In this document: piece by piece, positions 50,351-60,598 of the stretch
Numbering within the stretch: the stretch's first letter is position 1
Layout: every line of letters begins with the position of its first letter
From: Candidatus Neptunichlamydia sp.
GTDB lineage: Bacteria > Chlamydiota > Chlamydiia > Chlamydiales > Simkaniaceae
Reading direction: 5' to 3'
DNA length: 64,000 nucleotides
NCBI GenBank assembly: GCA_965233865.1
Contig: OZ247587.1
Coordinates: forward strand, 1,088,001 to 1,152,000
Made by a program: the position numbers and the translations under genes
Notes under the pieces: model-generated
The model's input: the letters and a program-made list of their open reading frames with translations, nothing else
The model's database searches: none
Told to the model about the DNA's origin: nothing

Positions 50351-50950
50351 ATGTTTTCAAAACGATTTGATGAACTGAATAAAGTTGTTAGCAAATGTGA
50401 ATTCTCATCTCCTGGTAGGAGATTGAACGAAGAACAAGCTCTTCAAATTTTCCACACATTTTTGTTGCAAGCTCAAGAAAAGAGTGGAACAGTTTTTGTA
50501 ATTGGAAATGGGGGCAGCGCAGGAATTGCTTCCCACTTTGCCATCGATCTTCTAAACGCGTTGAAGATCCCTGCACAAACCCTTTATGACTCAAATGTAA
50601 TGACTTGCATTTCTAACGACTTTGGATATGAGCAAGTTTTTTCTCGACCGCTTGATTTATTGCTAAGGCCTAACGACCTTTTGGTGTGCATTAGCAGTTC
50701 TGGAAATTCGCAGAATATCTTAAATGGAACAGCTATTGCCAAATCAAGGAATATTCCAATCATTACTCTCAGTGGATTCGAGCCTCATAACCCATTAAGA
50801 GCCCAAGGTGACCTCAACTTCTATCTACCGATAATTGATTATGGACTTGTCGAAATGGGACACTTTTTTTTATTGCACACAATCATTGATTCATGGAATT
50901 TTAAACTCACTTCAAATGAAATAGAAACGCAATTAAGCCATGCACAATAA
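50351..50950 (+). CDS. SIS-domain phosphosugar isomerase (GmhA-like)
   Basis: IGNGGSAGIASH, ISNDFGYEQVF, ISSSGNSQN. Confidence 0.88.
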   Translation: MFSKRFDELNKVVSKCEFSSPGRRLNEEQALQIFHTFLLQAQEKSGTVFVIGNGGSAGIASHFAIDLLNALKIPAQTLYDSNVMTCISNDFGYEQVFSRPLDLLLRPNDLLVCISSSGNSQNILNGTAIAKSRNIPIITLSGFEPHNPLRAQGDLNFYLPIIDYGLVEMGHFFLLHTIIDSWNFKLTSNEIETQLSHAQ

Positions 50951-52466
50951 ATTAAAGACATTTGAAGAGCTTGAAAAGCTCATTGAAGAAGACAAAACTG
51001 CAGGGGAGAAAATTGTCCATTGTCATGGAGTTTTTGATCTACTTCACCCTGGACATATTCGCCACTTCAAAGAAGCCAAAAAACAAGGAACAAAACTTGT
51101 TGTTTCTATTACACCTGATCGATTCGTCAATAAGGGACCCGGTCGCCCCGCCTTTAATGAAGAGCTCCGAGCCGAGACTTTAGCATCCTTAAACTGCGTT
51201 GATTATGTCGTTCTTAATGATAGCCCTGATGCAGTGAGTTGCATTAGAAAAATCAAACCAAATATTTATGTAAAGGGAAAAGAGTATGCAGACCATGCGG
51301 CAGATGTAACGGGAAAGATTGTCGATGAGGAGCGCGCCGTACAAGCAACACACGGCTCTGTTTTCTACACAGACGATATCGTATTTAGCTCCTCCTCTCT
51401 TCTCAACCGCTACTACGAAGAGACTTCCCCAGAACTCCGCGCATTTCTTGCAGAGATAAAGTCACAATATACCATTGATGAACTGCTTAATAAAGTGGAG
51501 AATCTCAAGGATCTACGTGTCCTAGTTGTAGGAGACGCTATTATTGATGAATATCAGTTTACCGATCCGATGGGACAATCAGGGAAAGGGCTCCACATGG
51601 TTGCCCGCTGTGGCCAAAACGAGCGCTACCTTGGGGGCTCACTTATTATTGCAAACCATATCGCTCAATTTTCTGATCACGTCACTCTCCTAACCTCACT
51701 TGGAGAGAATTGTTCTTACCTTCCTCTCATTGGTAATCTTCTTGACCCAAAAATTCAGAAGGAGTTCATAACACAACCTAAACACTCAACTCTGACGAAG
51801 AAGCGCTACGTTCTTCAAGACGGCAATCGTTTGTCCAAACTTTTTGAAACCTATTCGACAAATGATGCCCTTCTCTCAGAAACAGAAACAGGCAGCGTCG
51901 TTACATACCTAGGAAATCACACTAAAGACTTTGATCTTGTTTTAGTTTGCGATTTTGGCAATGGTTTTACCAATCCACGGATTGTCGATGCCCTTTCCTC
52001 ACTTCCAAATTTTTTAGCCGTTAATACCCAAACAAATAGTGGAAATCGAGGGTTTAATGTCGTAACTCATTACCGCCGCGCTGATCTGATATCCCTTAAT
52101 GAACCAGAACTCCGCCTTTCGGCTCATGACAGATACAGCTCAATGGAAGGCCTTGCTGCTGATATTTCTGAGGTGCTCCAGTGCCGCAATATTTGCATCA
52201 CACAAGGAGTCGATGGAGTTTTCTGTTCTTCTGAAGAAGAACCTGCTATTAGAATCCCTGCCCTTGTCTCGAATACGATTGATCGAGTCGGAGCTGGCGA
52301 TAGCTTCTTTGCTTTGGCTGCTATGTGCGCTGCAAAGAAATATCCTATGTCACTTTCCGGCTTCTTTGGCTCAATTGCCTCCGCTCTTAACGTACAAATG
52401 ATTGGCAACAAAGAACCGATCAAAAAAATCCCCTTTAACAAATTCCTGACGAGGTTACTCAAGTGA
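50940..52466 (+). CDS. Bifunctional nucleotidyltransferase / PfkB kinase (HldE-like, reversed domain order)
   Basis: N-terminal HGVFDLLHPGH, NKGPGRP, YVKG; C-terminal GDAIIDEY and DRVGAGDSF. Confidence 0.88.
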   Translation: MHNKLKTFEELEKLIEEDKTAGEKIVHCHGVFDLLHPGHIRHFKEAKKQGTKLVVSITPDRFVNKGPGRPAFNEELRAETLASLNCVDYVVLNDSPDAVSCIRKIKPNIYVKGKEYADHAADVTGKIVDEERAVQATHGSVFYTDDIVFSSSSLLNRYYEETSPELRAFLAEIKSQYTIDELLNKVENLKDLRVLVVGDAIIDEYQFTDPMGQSGKGLHMVARCGQNERYLGGSLIIANHIAQFSDHVTLLTSLGENCSYLPLIGNLLDPKIQKEFITQPKHSTLTKKRYVLQDGNRLSKLFETYSTNDALLSETETGSVVTYLGNHTKDFDLVLVCDFGNGFTNPRIVDALSSLPNFLAVNTQTNSGNRGFNVVTHYRRADLISLNEPELRLSAHDRYSSMEGLAADISEVLQCRNICITQGVDGVFCSSEEEPAIRIPALVSNTIDRVGAGDSFFALAAMCAAKKYPMSLSGFFGSIASALNVQMIGNKEPIKKIPFNKFLTRLLK

Positions 52467-53443
52467 ACAAAGCGAACCTATTTTATAAAATGCTCCGCAT
52501 CCGAATGATTGAGGAAACCATTGCTGATCGTTATTCTGAACAAAAGATGCGTTGCCCAACGCATCTCAGTATTGGACAAGAAGCGATTGCTGTTGGGGTT
52601 TCCGAAGCGCTCAACAACGATGATCTCGTCATGAGTAATCATCGTGCACACGCCCATTACTTAGCAAAAGGTGGTGATTTTAAAGCGATGATCGCTGAAA
52701 TTCACGGCAAGAAAACAGGGTGCTCTTTAGGACGAGGGGGATCTATGCATCTAGTGGATCAATCCGTCGGTATGATGGGATCCACTCCTATTGTAGCAAA
52801 TAGTATTCCTGTTGCTACAGGACTTGCCTTTGCCTCTCTCCTTCAAGGAGATAAAAAAGTAACAGTCTCTTACTTTGGAGAAGGAGCCACTGAAGAGGGT
52901 GTCTTTGGGGAGTGTCTCAACTTTGCTGCATTAAAAGCCCTTCCCATGCTCTATGTCTGCGAAAACAATCTTTATTCTGTTTACTCCCCCATTGATGTCC
53001 GACAACCAAAGGCCCGTGACTTATGCAAAATTGCCGAAGCACACGGAATGTTTTCAAAAAAGGGAGATGGGAACAACGTTGAAGAAAGCTACTCCATTGC
53101 AAAAGAAGCAATCGACTCGATCCGTAATGGGAATGGCCCTGCTTTTATCAAGCTTGACACCTATCGCTTCCGAGAACACTGCGGCCCTAACTATGACACC
53201 GACCTTGGTTACCGCACACATGATGAGTTTGATTTCTGGTTAGAGAAATGTCCGATTGCAAACTATCAAAATAAACTTATTAAAGAAAATATCATCTCTG
53301 AAGAAGATGTTAGCGTTATGAAAGAAACCCTCCAAAGGGAAATCAATGAAGCTTTCACCTTTGCAAGAGAAAGCCCACTTCCGGAATTTGACCTAGACTA
53401 TGAACTGATGTACGCGGAGCAGTCCTATGACAAGAGATCTTAA
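52463..53443 (+). CDS. TPP-dependent dehydrogenase E1 alpha-like subunit
   Basis: HLSIGQEA, HRAHAH, GRGGSMH, GEGATEEG...ENN. Confidence 0.9.
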   Translation: MNKANLFYKMLRIRMIEETIADRYSEQKMRCPTHLSIGQEAIAVGVSEALNNDDLVMSNHRAHAHYLAKGGDFKAMIAEIHGKKTGCSLGRGGSMHLVDQSVGMMGSTPIVANSIPVATGLAFASLLQGDKKVTVSYFGEGATEEGVFGECLNFAALKALPMLYVCENNLYSVYSPIDVRQPKARDLCKIAEAHGMFSKKGDGNNVEESYSIAKEAIDSIRNGNGPAFIKLDTYRFREHCGPNYDTDLGYRTHDEFDFWLEKCPIANYQNKLIKENIISEEDVSVMKETLQREINEAFTFARESPLPEFDLDYELMYAEQSYDKRS

Positions 53444-54500
53444 ATTTAATCAAGCCATCTTAGAGGGAACCTCCCAACTGCTTGAATCTGACCCCTCTGT
53501 TTACCTTATGGGATTGGGTGTTCCAGACCCTAAAGGAACATTCGGAACAACTACCGGGCTCCAAGAGAAATTTGGTTCCAATCGAGTAATGGACATGCCC
53601 ACATCTGAAAACACAATGACCGGGGTTGCTATTGGATGCGCTATTCGAGGGATGCGCCCCATTATGACGCACCAGCGTGTCGACTTTTTTCTTCTGGCTC
53701 TTGACCAGCTGATTAATAACGCCGCTAAATGGCACTACATGTTTGGTAACAAGATGGTAGCACCAATTGTCATCCGCCTTATTATGGGAAGGGGATGGGG
53801 GCAAGGCCCTCAACACTCTCAATCATTACAAAGTTTATTCGCCCATATTCCAGGTCTTAAAGTCGTCATGCCTTCCACTCCTTATGATGCAAAAGGCCTC
53901 TTAATCTCTGCTGTTAAAGATAACAACCCTGTTGTCTTCCTTGAGCATCGGTGGCTTCACAACACTCATGGAGATGTCCCTGAAGAAATGTATGAAGTCC
54001 CTATTGGGAAAGCTCATGTCGTTCAAGAAGGATCTGACATCACTATTGCCGCCACCTCACATATGGTTTTAGAGGCACGCAAAGCGGTTGAAATATTAGA
54101 AAAGGAAGGGGTAAGTGTCGATCTTATCGATCTTCGCAGTGTCAAGCCGTTTGACAAAGAAACACTCATCAAATCAGTGCGAAAAACCGGCCGGCTTCTT
54201 GTTGCTGACCCCGACTGGAAAAGCTGCGGCTTCGCTGCCGAGGTCATTGCGTCAATTACTGAGGAAGCCTTCAACGATTTAAAAGCACCCCCCTCGCGGG
54301 TCACTTATCCCGACCGCCACAGCCCTACTAGCTGGGCTCTTGCAAACCACTACTACCCGTCCCATCGCGATATCGCCATGGAAACATTTAGGATGATGCG
54401 ATTACCCTCCAAAGCGCAATCACTTCTCCAAGAATTACTCGAATACCGAAGCGCAGGTCCACTTGATGTCCCTGATGCTTCCTTTGCTGGCCCTTTCTAG
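53427..54500 (+). CDS. TPP-dependent dehydrogenase E1 beta-like subunit
   Basis: DMPTSE, GMRPI, GPQHSQ, PSTPYDAKGLL, FLEH, DLRSVKP. Confidence 0.9.
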   Translation: MTRDLKFNQAILEGTSQLLESDPSVYLMGLGVPDPKGTFGTTTGLQEKFGSNRVMDMPTSENTMTGVAIGCAIRGMRPIMTHQRVDFFLLALDQLINNAAKWHYMFGNKMVAPIVIRLIMGRGWGQGPQHSQSLQSLFAHIPGLKVVMPSTPYDAKGLLISAVKDNNPVVFLEHRWLHNTHGDVPEEMYEVPIGKAHVVQEGSDITIAATSHMVLEARKAVEILEKEGVSVDLIDLRSVKPFDKETLIKSVRKTGRLLVADPDWKSCGFAAEVIASITEEAFNDLKAPPSRVTYPDRHSPTSWALANHYYPSHRDIAMETFRMMRLPSKAQSLLQELLEYRSAGPLDVPDASFAGPF

Positions 54501-54519
54501 AAGACACAGGAGACACAAG

Positions 54520-55509
54520 ATGAAGAAAGTCCTTGTTATTGGTAGCAACTCATTTTCTGGAAGTGATTTCATAGACCTCCTTCTTGAAAAAGGAGAGTAC
54601 GAAGTGACTGGCATTAGCCGTTCAGAGGAAAAAGATGCCCTCTTTCTTCCCTATCGTGCAAAAAACTCCCCTCACTTTACGTTTGAGCAGCTCGATCTGA
54701 ATCAAGACCTCGATAAACTTGACCGTCTTTTAGAAGCCTTTAAGCCCGAATACATCGTCAACTTTGCAGCACAAAGTGAAGTCGGACCGAGTTGGGAAAA
54801 TCCTGACCATTGGTTCCAAACCAATGCAGTTGCTCTCACCTCACTTGCTAATCTTCTTAAAGATAAAAAATTTCTCAAGAAGTATGTTCATATCTCCTCG
54901 CCTGAAGTTTATGGGACCTGTGAAGGTTTTATTAAGGAAGACACTCCTGTAAACCCGTCCACCCCCTATGCCGCTTCAAAAGCTGCAGGCGATATGTCTC
55001 TCTTCACTTTTTATAAAAATTTCAACTTTCCTCTCGTGATGATCCGCGCTACAAATGTTTATGGCGCACACCAACAGCTTTTTAAAATTATCCCGCGCAC
55101 TGCCATCTATCTCAAAAACAATAAAAAGATTGGCCTTCATGGGGGAGGTGTTGCCATTAAATCCTACATACACATCCGTGATGTCTCGAATGGTGAACTC
55201 CTTGCAATGGAAAAAGGTCAGAATGGTGAAATCTATCACATCTCACCTGATCAAGGAGTAGCCGTTAAAGATGTCGTCAAAACCATCTGCAATAAAATGA
55301 AAGTTTCTTTCGAAGACTCCACTGAAATAGCACCCGAGCGCCTCGGTCAAGATAAAGCCTACACCATTGACTCCACAAAGATCCGCAATAAACTCGGCTG
55401 GAAGCCTGAAATCTCCCTTGAAGAGGGAATCACCCAAACTGTCAGCTGGGTCAATTCTCATTTTGACGCCATCAAACAAAAACCACTCGAATACATCCAC
55501 AAAGCTTAA
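54520..55509 (+). CDS. NDP-sugar 4,6-dehydratase-like SDR
   Basis: GSNSFSG, NFAAQSEV, SSPEVYG, YAASK, ERLGQDKAY. Confidence 0.85.
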   Translation: MKKVLVIGSNSFSGSDFIDLLLEKGEYEVTGISRSEEKDALFLPYRAKNSPHFTFEQLDLNQDLDKLDRLLEAFKPEYIVNFAAQSEVGPSWENPDHWFQTNAVALTSLANLLKDKKFLKKYVHISSPEVYGTCEGFIKEDTPVNPSTPYAASKAAGDMSLFTFYKNFNFPLVMIRATNVYGAHQQLFKIIPRTAIYLKNNKKIGLHGGGVAIKSYIHIRDVSNGELLAMEKGQNGEIYHISPDQGVAVKDVVKTICNKMKVSFEDSTEIAPERLGQDKAYTIDSTKIRNKLGWKPEISLEEGITQTVSWVNSHFDAIKQKPLEYIHKA

Positions 55510-55516
55510 GGAAATC

Positions 55517-56176
55517 ATGAGACAAGAAATCGATCTTCTCATTAACTATCCAAAAACAAAACGAGACATCAAAGAAAGGGGTGCAACTAAAACTAATGAA
55601 GACCGCGCCATTGCAAGGCAATTCGGCAAAGATTTCTTCGATGGCGACCGCCGCCATGGCTATGGAGGCTTTGGATACATGGAGCGATTCTGGACCTCTG
55701 TTGTTCCTACGTTCCAAAACCAGTACAGCCTCACCAAAAAAAGTTCTGTCCTTGATGTTGGAGCCGCCAAAGGATTTATGCTTTACGATTTTAAGCGTCT
55801 CATTCCAAATATCACTGTTGCAGGATGCGACATTTCTGACTACGCAATCAAAAACGCAAAAGAGGAAGTCAAACCGTTTCTTAAAACCGCCAATGCTATT
55901 GATCTTCCTTACAAAGACAATTCTTTTGATCTCGTGATCTCAATTAACACTGTTCACAATCTCGAAAAACCTGATCTAGCACGCGCCCTCCAAGAAATTG
56001 AAAGGGTTTCGCGAGGAAACAGTTTTATCACTGTCGATGCTTACCGCAATGAGGAAGAAAAAGAACTCATGTATCATTGGAACCTTACTGCAAAAACAAT
56101 CATGCACGTTGACAAATGGAAGTCTTTTTTTAACGCTGTTGGGTACACCGGTGACTACTACTGGTTCACCCCATAA
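55517..56176 (+). CDS. Class I SAM-dependent methyltransferase
   Basis: FFDGDRRHGYGG, VLDVGAAKGF, DISDYAI, SFDLVIS. Confidence 0.88.
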   Translation: MRQEIDLLINYPKTKRDIKERGATKTNEDRAIARQFGKDFFDGDRRHGYGGFGYMERFWTSVVPTFQNQYSLTKKSSVLDVGAAKGFMLYDFKRLIPNITVAGCDISDYAIKNAKEEVKPFLKTANAIDLPYKDNSFDLVISINTVHNLEKPDLARALQEIERVSRGNSFITVDAYRNEEEKELMYHWNLTAKTIMHVDKWKSFFNAVGYTGDYYWFTP

Positions 56177-56434
56177 ATTTGATAACCAATTATTATTTAT
56201 GAATACATCAAACATTCTCAGATTAAAGAAATGAATAAAACCGCAAACACTTACAAGCTAGAGCTTTCAAAAGCTCATCTCATACCAATTTGTAGTTGCC
56301 TATTTGATATAGACGCTTTATTAAATAAATGGAATAATGCCCACAGAAGTGGCCAAGTCGGTTTCTGTAGAACTCACTTTGAAACAGATTATTTTGCTTA
56401 TATTGACACCTCAGATTAGTAAAGAGCTAGAATT

Positions 56435-58273
56435 ATGCTAAAAAGAAGAAAAGAATACGTCCGTAATATCTACAATATCATTTTTAAAAGGAAAAAGAAG
56501 GACTTAATTAAGTTTTTTATTATTTCTACTCCAGGCTGCCTCGCTGCCTTTTTAGAAGGAATGTCGTTTACCCTTCTTCTTTCTTCCCTATACATCATGA
56601 CTGGAAGAGGCATTGAAGTTTTTTATGGGAAACCCATCCTATCTAAAATAGCACGTATTCCGCATTTCCAAGAGATTTCTTCGAATCAGCTTTTCATCTA
56701 CATGGTTATTGCTGCAATTTTTGCACAAATCCTAAAGTCGCTAGTTATGTACCTTTCCGCTCTACAGGCAGCAAAGCTCAATGCTCGTATTGGTTGCGAT
56801 GCGCACCAAAATATTTACTCGCATATTCTCTCGTTTAACTTTTCAACAGTGAGCAATTATAAAACAGGTGGACTTGCTTCCTATACGCAAATTCCCTCTG
56901 GAGCCATTATCCCCATGCTTCAATCCTTCCACAAAATTATTGTTCAATCTTGTGTATTGGGAGTTTTGAGTCTTGTCCTTTTTAAGATATCTATTCCTCT
57001 AACCCTGTTTTTTTGTGGCTTTTTTTGTATCTCAGGAATTGCCTATAAGAAAATCCTTTCTGTTATCAGTTGCTTTTCTGAGGAATGTGCAACAAAGTTG
57101 CTACAATATAACAATGATGTTGTCCAGGCAATTAATGGAATCAAACTCATCCATATTTTTGGGATGCAAAAAATAATCCTCAAACGAAGTCACTCGCTCA
57201 TGGCAAAAATGCAGGGATATCAGCAAGGAAATGCTAAACTGCAAGCACTATTGCTAGCTACTGGTGAGGTCTTTAGCATGGTCATGATGGCTGCAACTAT
57301 TGCGATAAGCTCTCTATTCCTTGTTATTTCTAATGAGCATTCTCTCCCTCTTTTATTAACCTACACAGCAACAGCCTATCGATTTACAACAACTGCAAGA
57401 GAAATTCTGAATCACTTCGGCATAATTGCTTCTCAAAGTGGCTCTATCATAAAGCTTAATGAGATATTAACCGTTGATGATAAGGGGTTTGAACCAACAG
57501 ATGGAATAGGCGCAGCCCAAATTCAAAAAGGAATTGAGTTTCGCAATGTTTCCTTTAACTACCCTTCAAAGAAGCAAAATGCTTTAGACAACGTCTCTCT
57601 TTTTATTCCTCACCAAAAATTGACAGCTATTGTTGGACTTTCTGGGGCAGGGAAAACCTCCTTAGTTAGCCTTATCACACGCTTATTTGAACCAACAGAT
57701 GGAAAAATCCTTATTGATGGTGTTGAACTAAGCAAATACAATATTCAAAGTTGGCGATCAAAACTCGGTGTCGTATCCCAGAATACAGTTATTTTTAACG
57801 ACCCTGCTCGTGAAAACGTCTGCTTTGGAACACCTGCGACAGACAAGGAAGTCCTAGAGGCATGCAAAATCGCAGGATGCTACGAAGTAATCACTAATCT
57901 TCCTGATGGGCTTGACTCTTCCCTTGGAGAACACGGTTATAAGATTTCTGGAGGAGAAGCCCAACGTATTGCTATCGCACGTGCATTAATCAGAGATCCT
58001 GAAATTATGATCTTTGATGAAGCAACAAGCAATCTTGATAGTCATAATGAGCAAATCATTAAAACAACACTCGAAAAGTGTCGAAATCGGTGCACTCTTA
58101 TCGTCATCGCTCACCGCCTTTCAACAGTGATCTCTGCAGATCAGATTATTGTACTTAATAACGGCCAAGTAGCTGAAATAGGAACCCACGAAGATCTCAT
58201 TGAAACAAACGGAGAGTATGCCTATCTATGGCATTTGCAATCTACAAAATATCCTGAAAGCGCTTTTGTTTAA
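56435..58273 (+). CDS. ABC exporter, fused TMD-NBD (MsbA/PglK/Wzk-like glycan flippase)
   Basis: N-terminal TMs; GLSGAGKT, ISGGEAQR, IFDEATS, AHRLS. Confidence 0.9.
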   Translation: MLKRRKEYVRNIYNIIFKRKKKDLIKFFIISTPGCLAAFLEGMSFTLLLSSLYIMTGRGIEVFYGKPILSKIARIPHFQEISSNQLFIYMVIAAIFAQILKSLVMYLSALQAAKLNARIGCDAHQNIYSHILSFNFSTVSNYKTGGLASYTQIPSGAIIPMLQSFHKIIVQSCVLGVLSLVLFKISIPLTLFFCGFFCISGIAYKKILSVISCFSEECATKLLQYNNDVVQAINGIKLIHIFGMQKIILKRSHSLMAKMQGYQQGNAKLQALLLATGEVFSMVMMAATIAISSLFLVISNEHSLPLLLTYTATAYRFTTTAREILNHFGIIASQSGSIIKLNEILTVDDKGFEPTDGIGAAQIQKGIEFRNVSFNYPSKKQNALDNVSLFIPHQKLTAIVGLSGAGKTSLVSLITRLFEPTDGKILIDGVELSKYNIQSWRSKLGVVSQNTVIFNDPARENVCFGTPATDKEVLEACKIAGCYEVITNLPDGLDSSLGEHGYKISGGEAQRIAIARALIRDPEIMIFDEATSNLDSHNEQIIKTTLEKCRNRCTLIVIAHRLSTVISADQIIVLNNGQVAEIGTHEDLIETNGEYAYLWHLQSTKYPESAFV

Positions 58274-59209
58274 ATGAGCACAAAACTAATCATTATTGGT
58301 TCTCAAGGGTTCATCGGAAATTGCCTTACAATTTCTATGAATCCTGCAATTTTCACGCATTACAAGAATGCACCTTATCTACTTGATTTGAGAGCTCCTG
58401 ATTTAAAAACCCTGCCTTTTTCAACAGAAACACATGTGGTCATTGCTGCTGGATGTACAAATATTAACGATTGCGACAAAAACCCAGAAAAAACTTACGT
58501 GATCAATGTTACGGGCATACTCAAGCTTGCAAAACAATGCAGAGAAATGGGATTATGTCCCATTTTATTCTCTACAGACAACGTCTTCGACGGAGAAAAA
58601 GGAGGATACACAGAGTCTTCATCTACATGCCCGGTCAATGTATATGGAAAACAAAAAGCAGAGTTAGAAAGCAGAATTCACGATATTACACGCGGAAATT
58701 ATTTAATGCTCCGCCTCTCTAAAATCTATTCTACCTCCGCAGGTGATAATTCTCTCTTAGATGAGATGATGCACAACTTAACACAAGAAAAAGTAATTCG
58801 AGCCGCAACCGATCAAGAATTGTGCCCCCTCCACGTCAATGATCTTATAGCTATTATCCAAGAACTTACCGATCAAAATATTACAGGATTGATAAATATT
58901 GGAGGACAAGAAATATTAAGCCGGTACGCACTGGCATTAAAAGTATGTGAAGCCCTTAATATTTCAACAACGCTCGTTAAACCAATTGCCCTAGACGAAC
59001 TAAAGGGAAGCACACGCCCAAAAAAAACAGCTCTTAACTGCAAAAAACTGTATGAAACAATTACCATGAAGCCTCAGACTCTTCAAGATTCAATTTCAAA
59101 GTTAGCGACTATCTACCGCAATAAAAATTTATTTTTGAATGAGTTGAAACACAAAACTACTTTTGCTAAAACACAGGATGTATCGACAGAAACAGGCGGT
59201 ATGAGTTGA
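58274..59209 (+). CDS. RmlD-like NDP-keto-sugar reductase
   Basis: GSQGFIG, STDNVFDG, YGKQK, ATDQ. Confidence 0.85.
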   Translation: MSTKLIIIGSQGFIGNCLTISMNPAIFTHYKNAPYLLDLRAPDLKTLPFSTETHVVIAAGCTNINDCDKNPEKTYVINVTGILKLAKQCREMGLCPILFSTDNVFDGEKGGYTESSSTCPVNVYGKQKAELESRIHDITRGNYLMLRLSKIYSTSAGDNSLLDEMMHNLTQEKVIRAATDQELCPLHVNDLIAIIQELTDQNITGLINIGGQEILSRYALALKVCEALNISTTLVKPIALDELKGSTRPKKTALNCKKLYETITMKPQTLQDSISKLATIYRNKNLFLNELKHKTTFAKTQDVSTETGGMS

Positions 59210-59239
59210 ATCATGGGATATTCCCAACAAAAGTAATTT

Positions 59240-60586
59240 ATGTTATCAATAATAAATATAATAAACTCTAGGAAATTCCGAAAATTAATTTGTAAGAAAG
59301 TTGATTTTATATCCGACGATAATGATATTTTCCTTTTGATCGAAACTAATCTAAAAGAGGTAATCCATACTTTAGAGTACGCGGAATATTGGGCAAGAAT
59401 AAGACGGTCTCCTATCCTTATTGCAGCATCGCATGCAACTGAAACTATAGATCTTTTAGTTCCTTATATTTGCCCAAGTGTAAAGGTCCTCTTCTATGAT
59501 AATTCTTTCTCTAAATGGCTCTTTCGAAAAACTCCTTTACAAATCTATCATAATTTTTTCTCAAAAAAAATATTTGCTTACTTCAAGACAATAGCATCAA
59601 ACTCACTATATCTATTTGAATATCAACCTATACCTTATGACAAAACTTTTACGTCTCCTTATAACCACTTCATAGAATCTTCCGAAACTACCCACCTTCC
59701 GAAACCCTTCTTACAAGCTTACACCCAATACAATCAGGTTTGTTTTAAAAGAGAAGGTACATGGAATGATTACTTTCAAATTTCTTCAAAAATAACGATT
59801 AATGACAGAAAAAAGAAGTTAGAAAAACTCAATCGCCTATTACTAAAGGCCCTCGGAATCAACCGCCCCTACGCTATTCTCCACCTAAATAGTCAAGATG
59901 TTATCGGGCCCAATAGCTCCTCTTTAAAAGAAGCTTCATCTAAACAATTTAGCGTGGCTATTGATTTACTCATTCAGAAGGGATATGCTGTCATTCTCCA
60001 AGGTGAAAGTCAACAGCCGACATTTGCCACTAGACAACACTTCCATGACTATTCACGCGACGTAAATATATCACTAGAAAATGATTTAGCTCTGTATGCC
60101 TATGCAGAATTTGTGATTTCTTCGAAAGGCAATTCTGAAATCCTAGCTCAGGTCTTTAATATTCCCTTGCTAGGTCTAAACTACGCTGAACCCACCTCTC
60201 TTCTTCCTCATAAGAAACATCGCTTCTTTTTTAAACATGTTTACGACAAAAGAGAGGGGAAATACCTCAGTTGGAAAAATTATTTAAACCATCCAGGATT
60301 TTTTAATCACGCCAATCTGAATACAGGCAGTGAGCTTCGTTACGATGAAATGAGCGAAGGAGAAATTATTCACACAATTGAGGAGTTCCTTACCATGTTG
60401 GATAAAAATGAAGAATCTTGGCTAGATTATTCTCCGCTTCAGCAGACTTTTAAAAATAGTCTAGATAAACACCATTGTGATCTCTATAAGGCTCATGGAG
60501 TTCCCACCATGACATATTTAGAAAAAATGGATCAAGGTAGACATAGCAGTCCAAATGAACTTTTGGAGATAGCATTGTGTAGATAG
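59240..60586 (+). CDS. TIGR04372-like putative glycosyltransferase
   Basis: RPYAILHL...LIQKGYAVILQG...DYS...DLALY..AEFVISS...VFNIPLLGLN pattern; paralogue of 60599-62110. Confidence 0.65.
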   Translation: MLSIINIINSRKFRKLICKKVDFISDDNDIFLLIETNLKEVIHTLEYAEYWARIRRSPILIAASHATETIDLLVPYICPSVKVLFYDNSFSKWLFRKTPLQIYHNFFSKKIFAYFKTIASNSLYLFEYQPIPYDKTFTSPYNHFIESSETTHLPKPFLQAYTQYNQVCFKREGTWNDYFQISSKITINDRKKKLEKLNRLLLKALGINRPYAILHLNSQDVIGPNSSSLKEASSKQFSVAIDLLIQKGYAVILQGESQQPTFATRQHFHDYSRDVNISLENDLALYAYAEFVISSKGNSEILAQVFNIPLLGLNYAEPTSLLPHKKHRFFFKHVYDKREGKYLSWKNYLNHPGFFNHANLNTGSELRYDEMSEGEIIHTIEEFLTMLDKNEESWLDYSPLQQTFKNSLDKHHCDLYKAHGVPTMTYLEKMDQGRHSSPNELLEIALCR

Positions 60587-60598
60587 TAGCCCAAGGTA

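Noticed and set aside
56231..56419. 62-aa ORF before the ABC exporter
   Set aside because: Short, AT-rich and without a recognisable motif.
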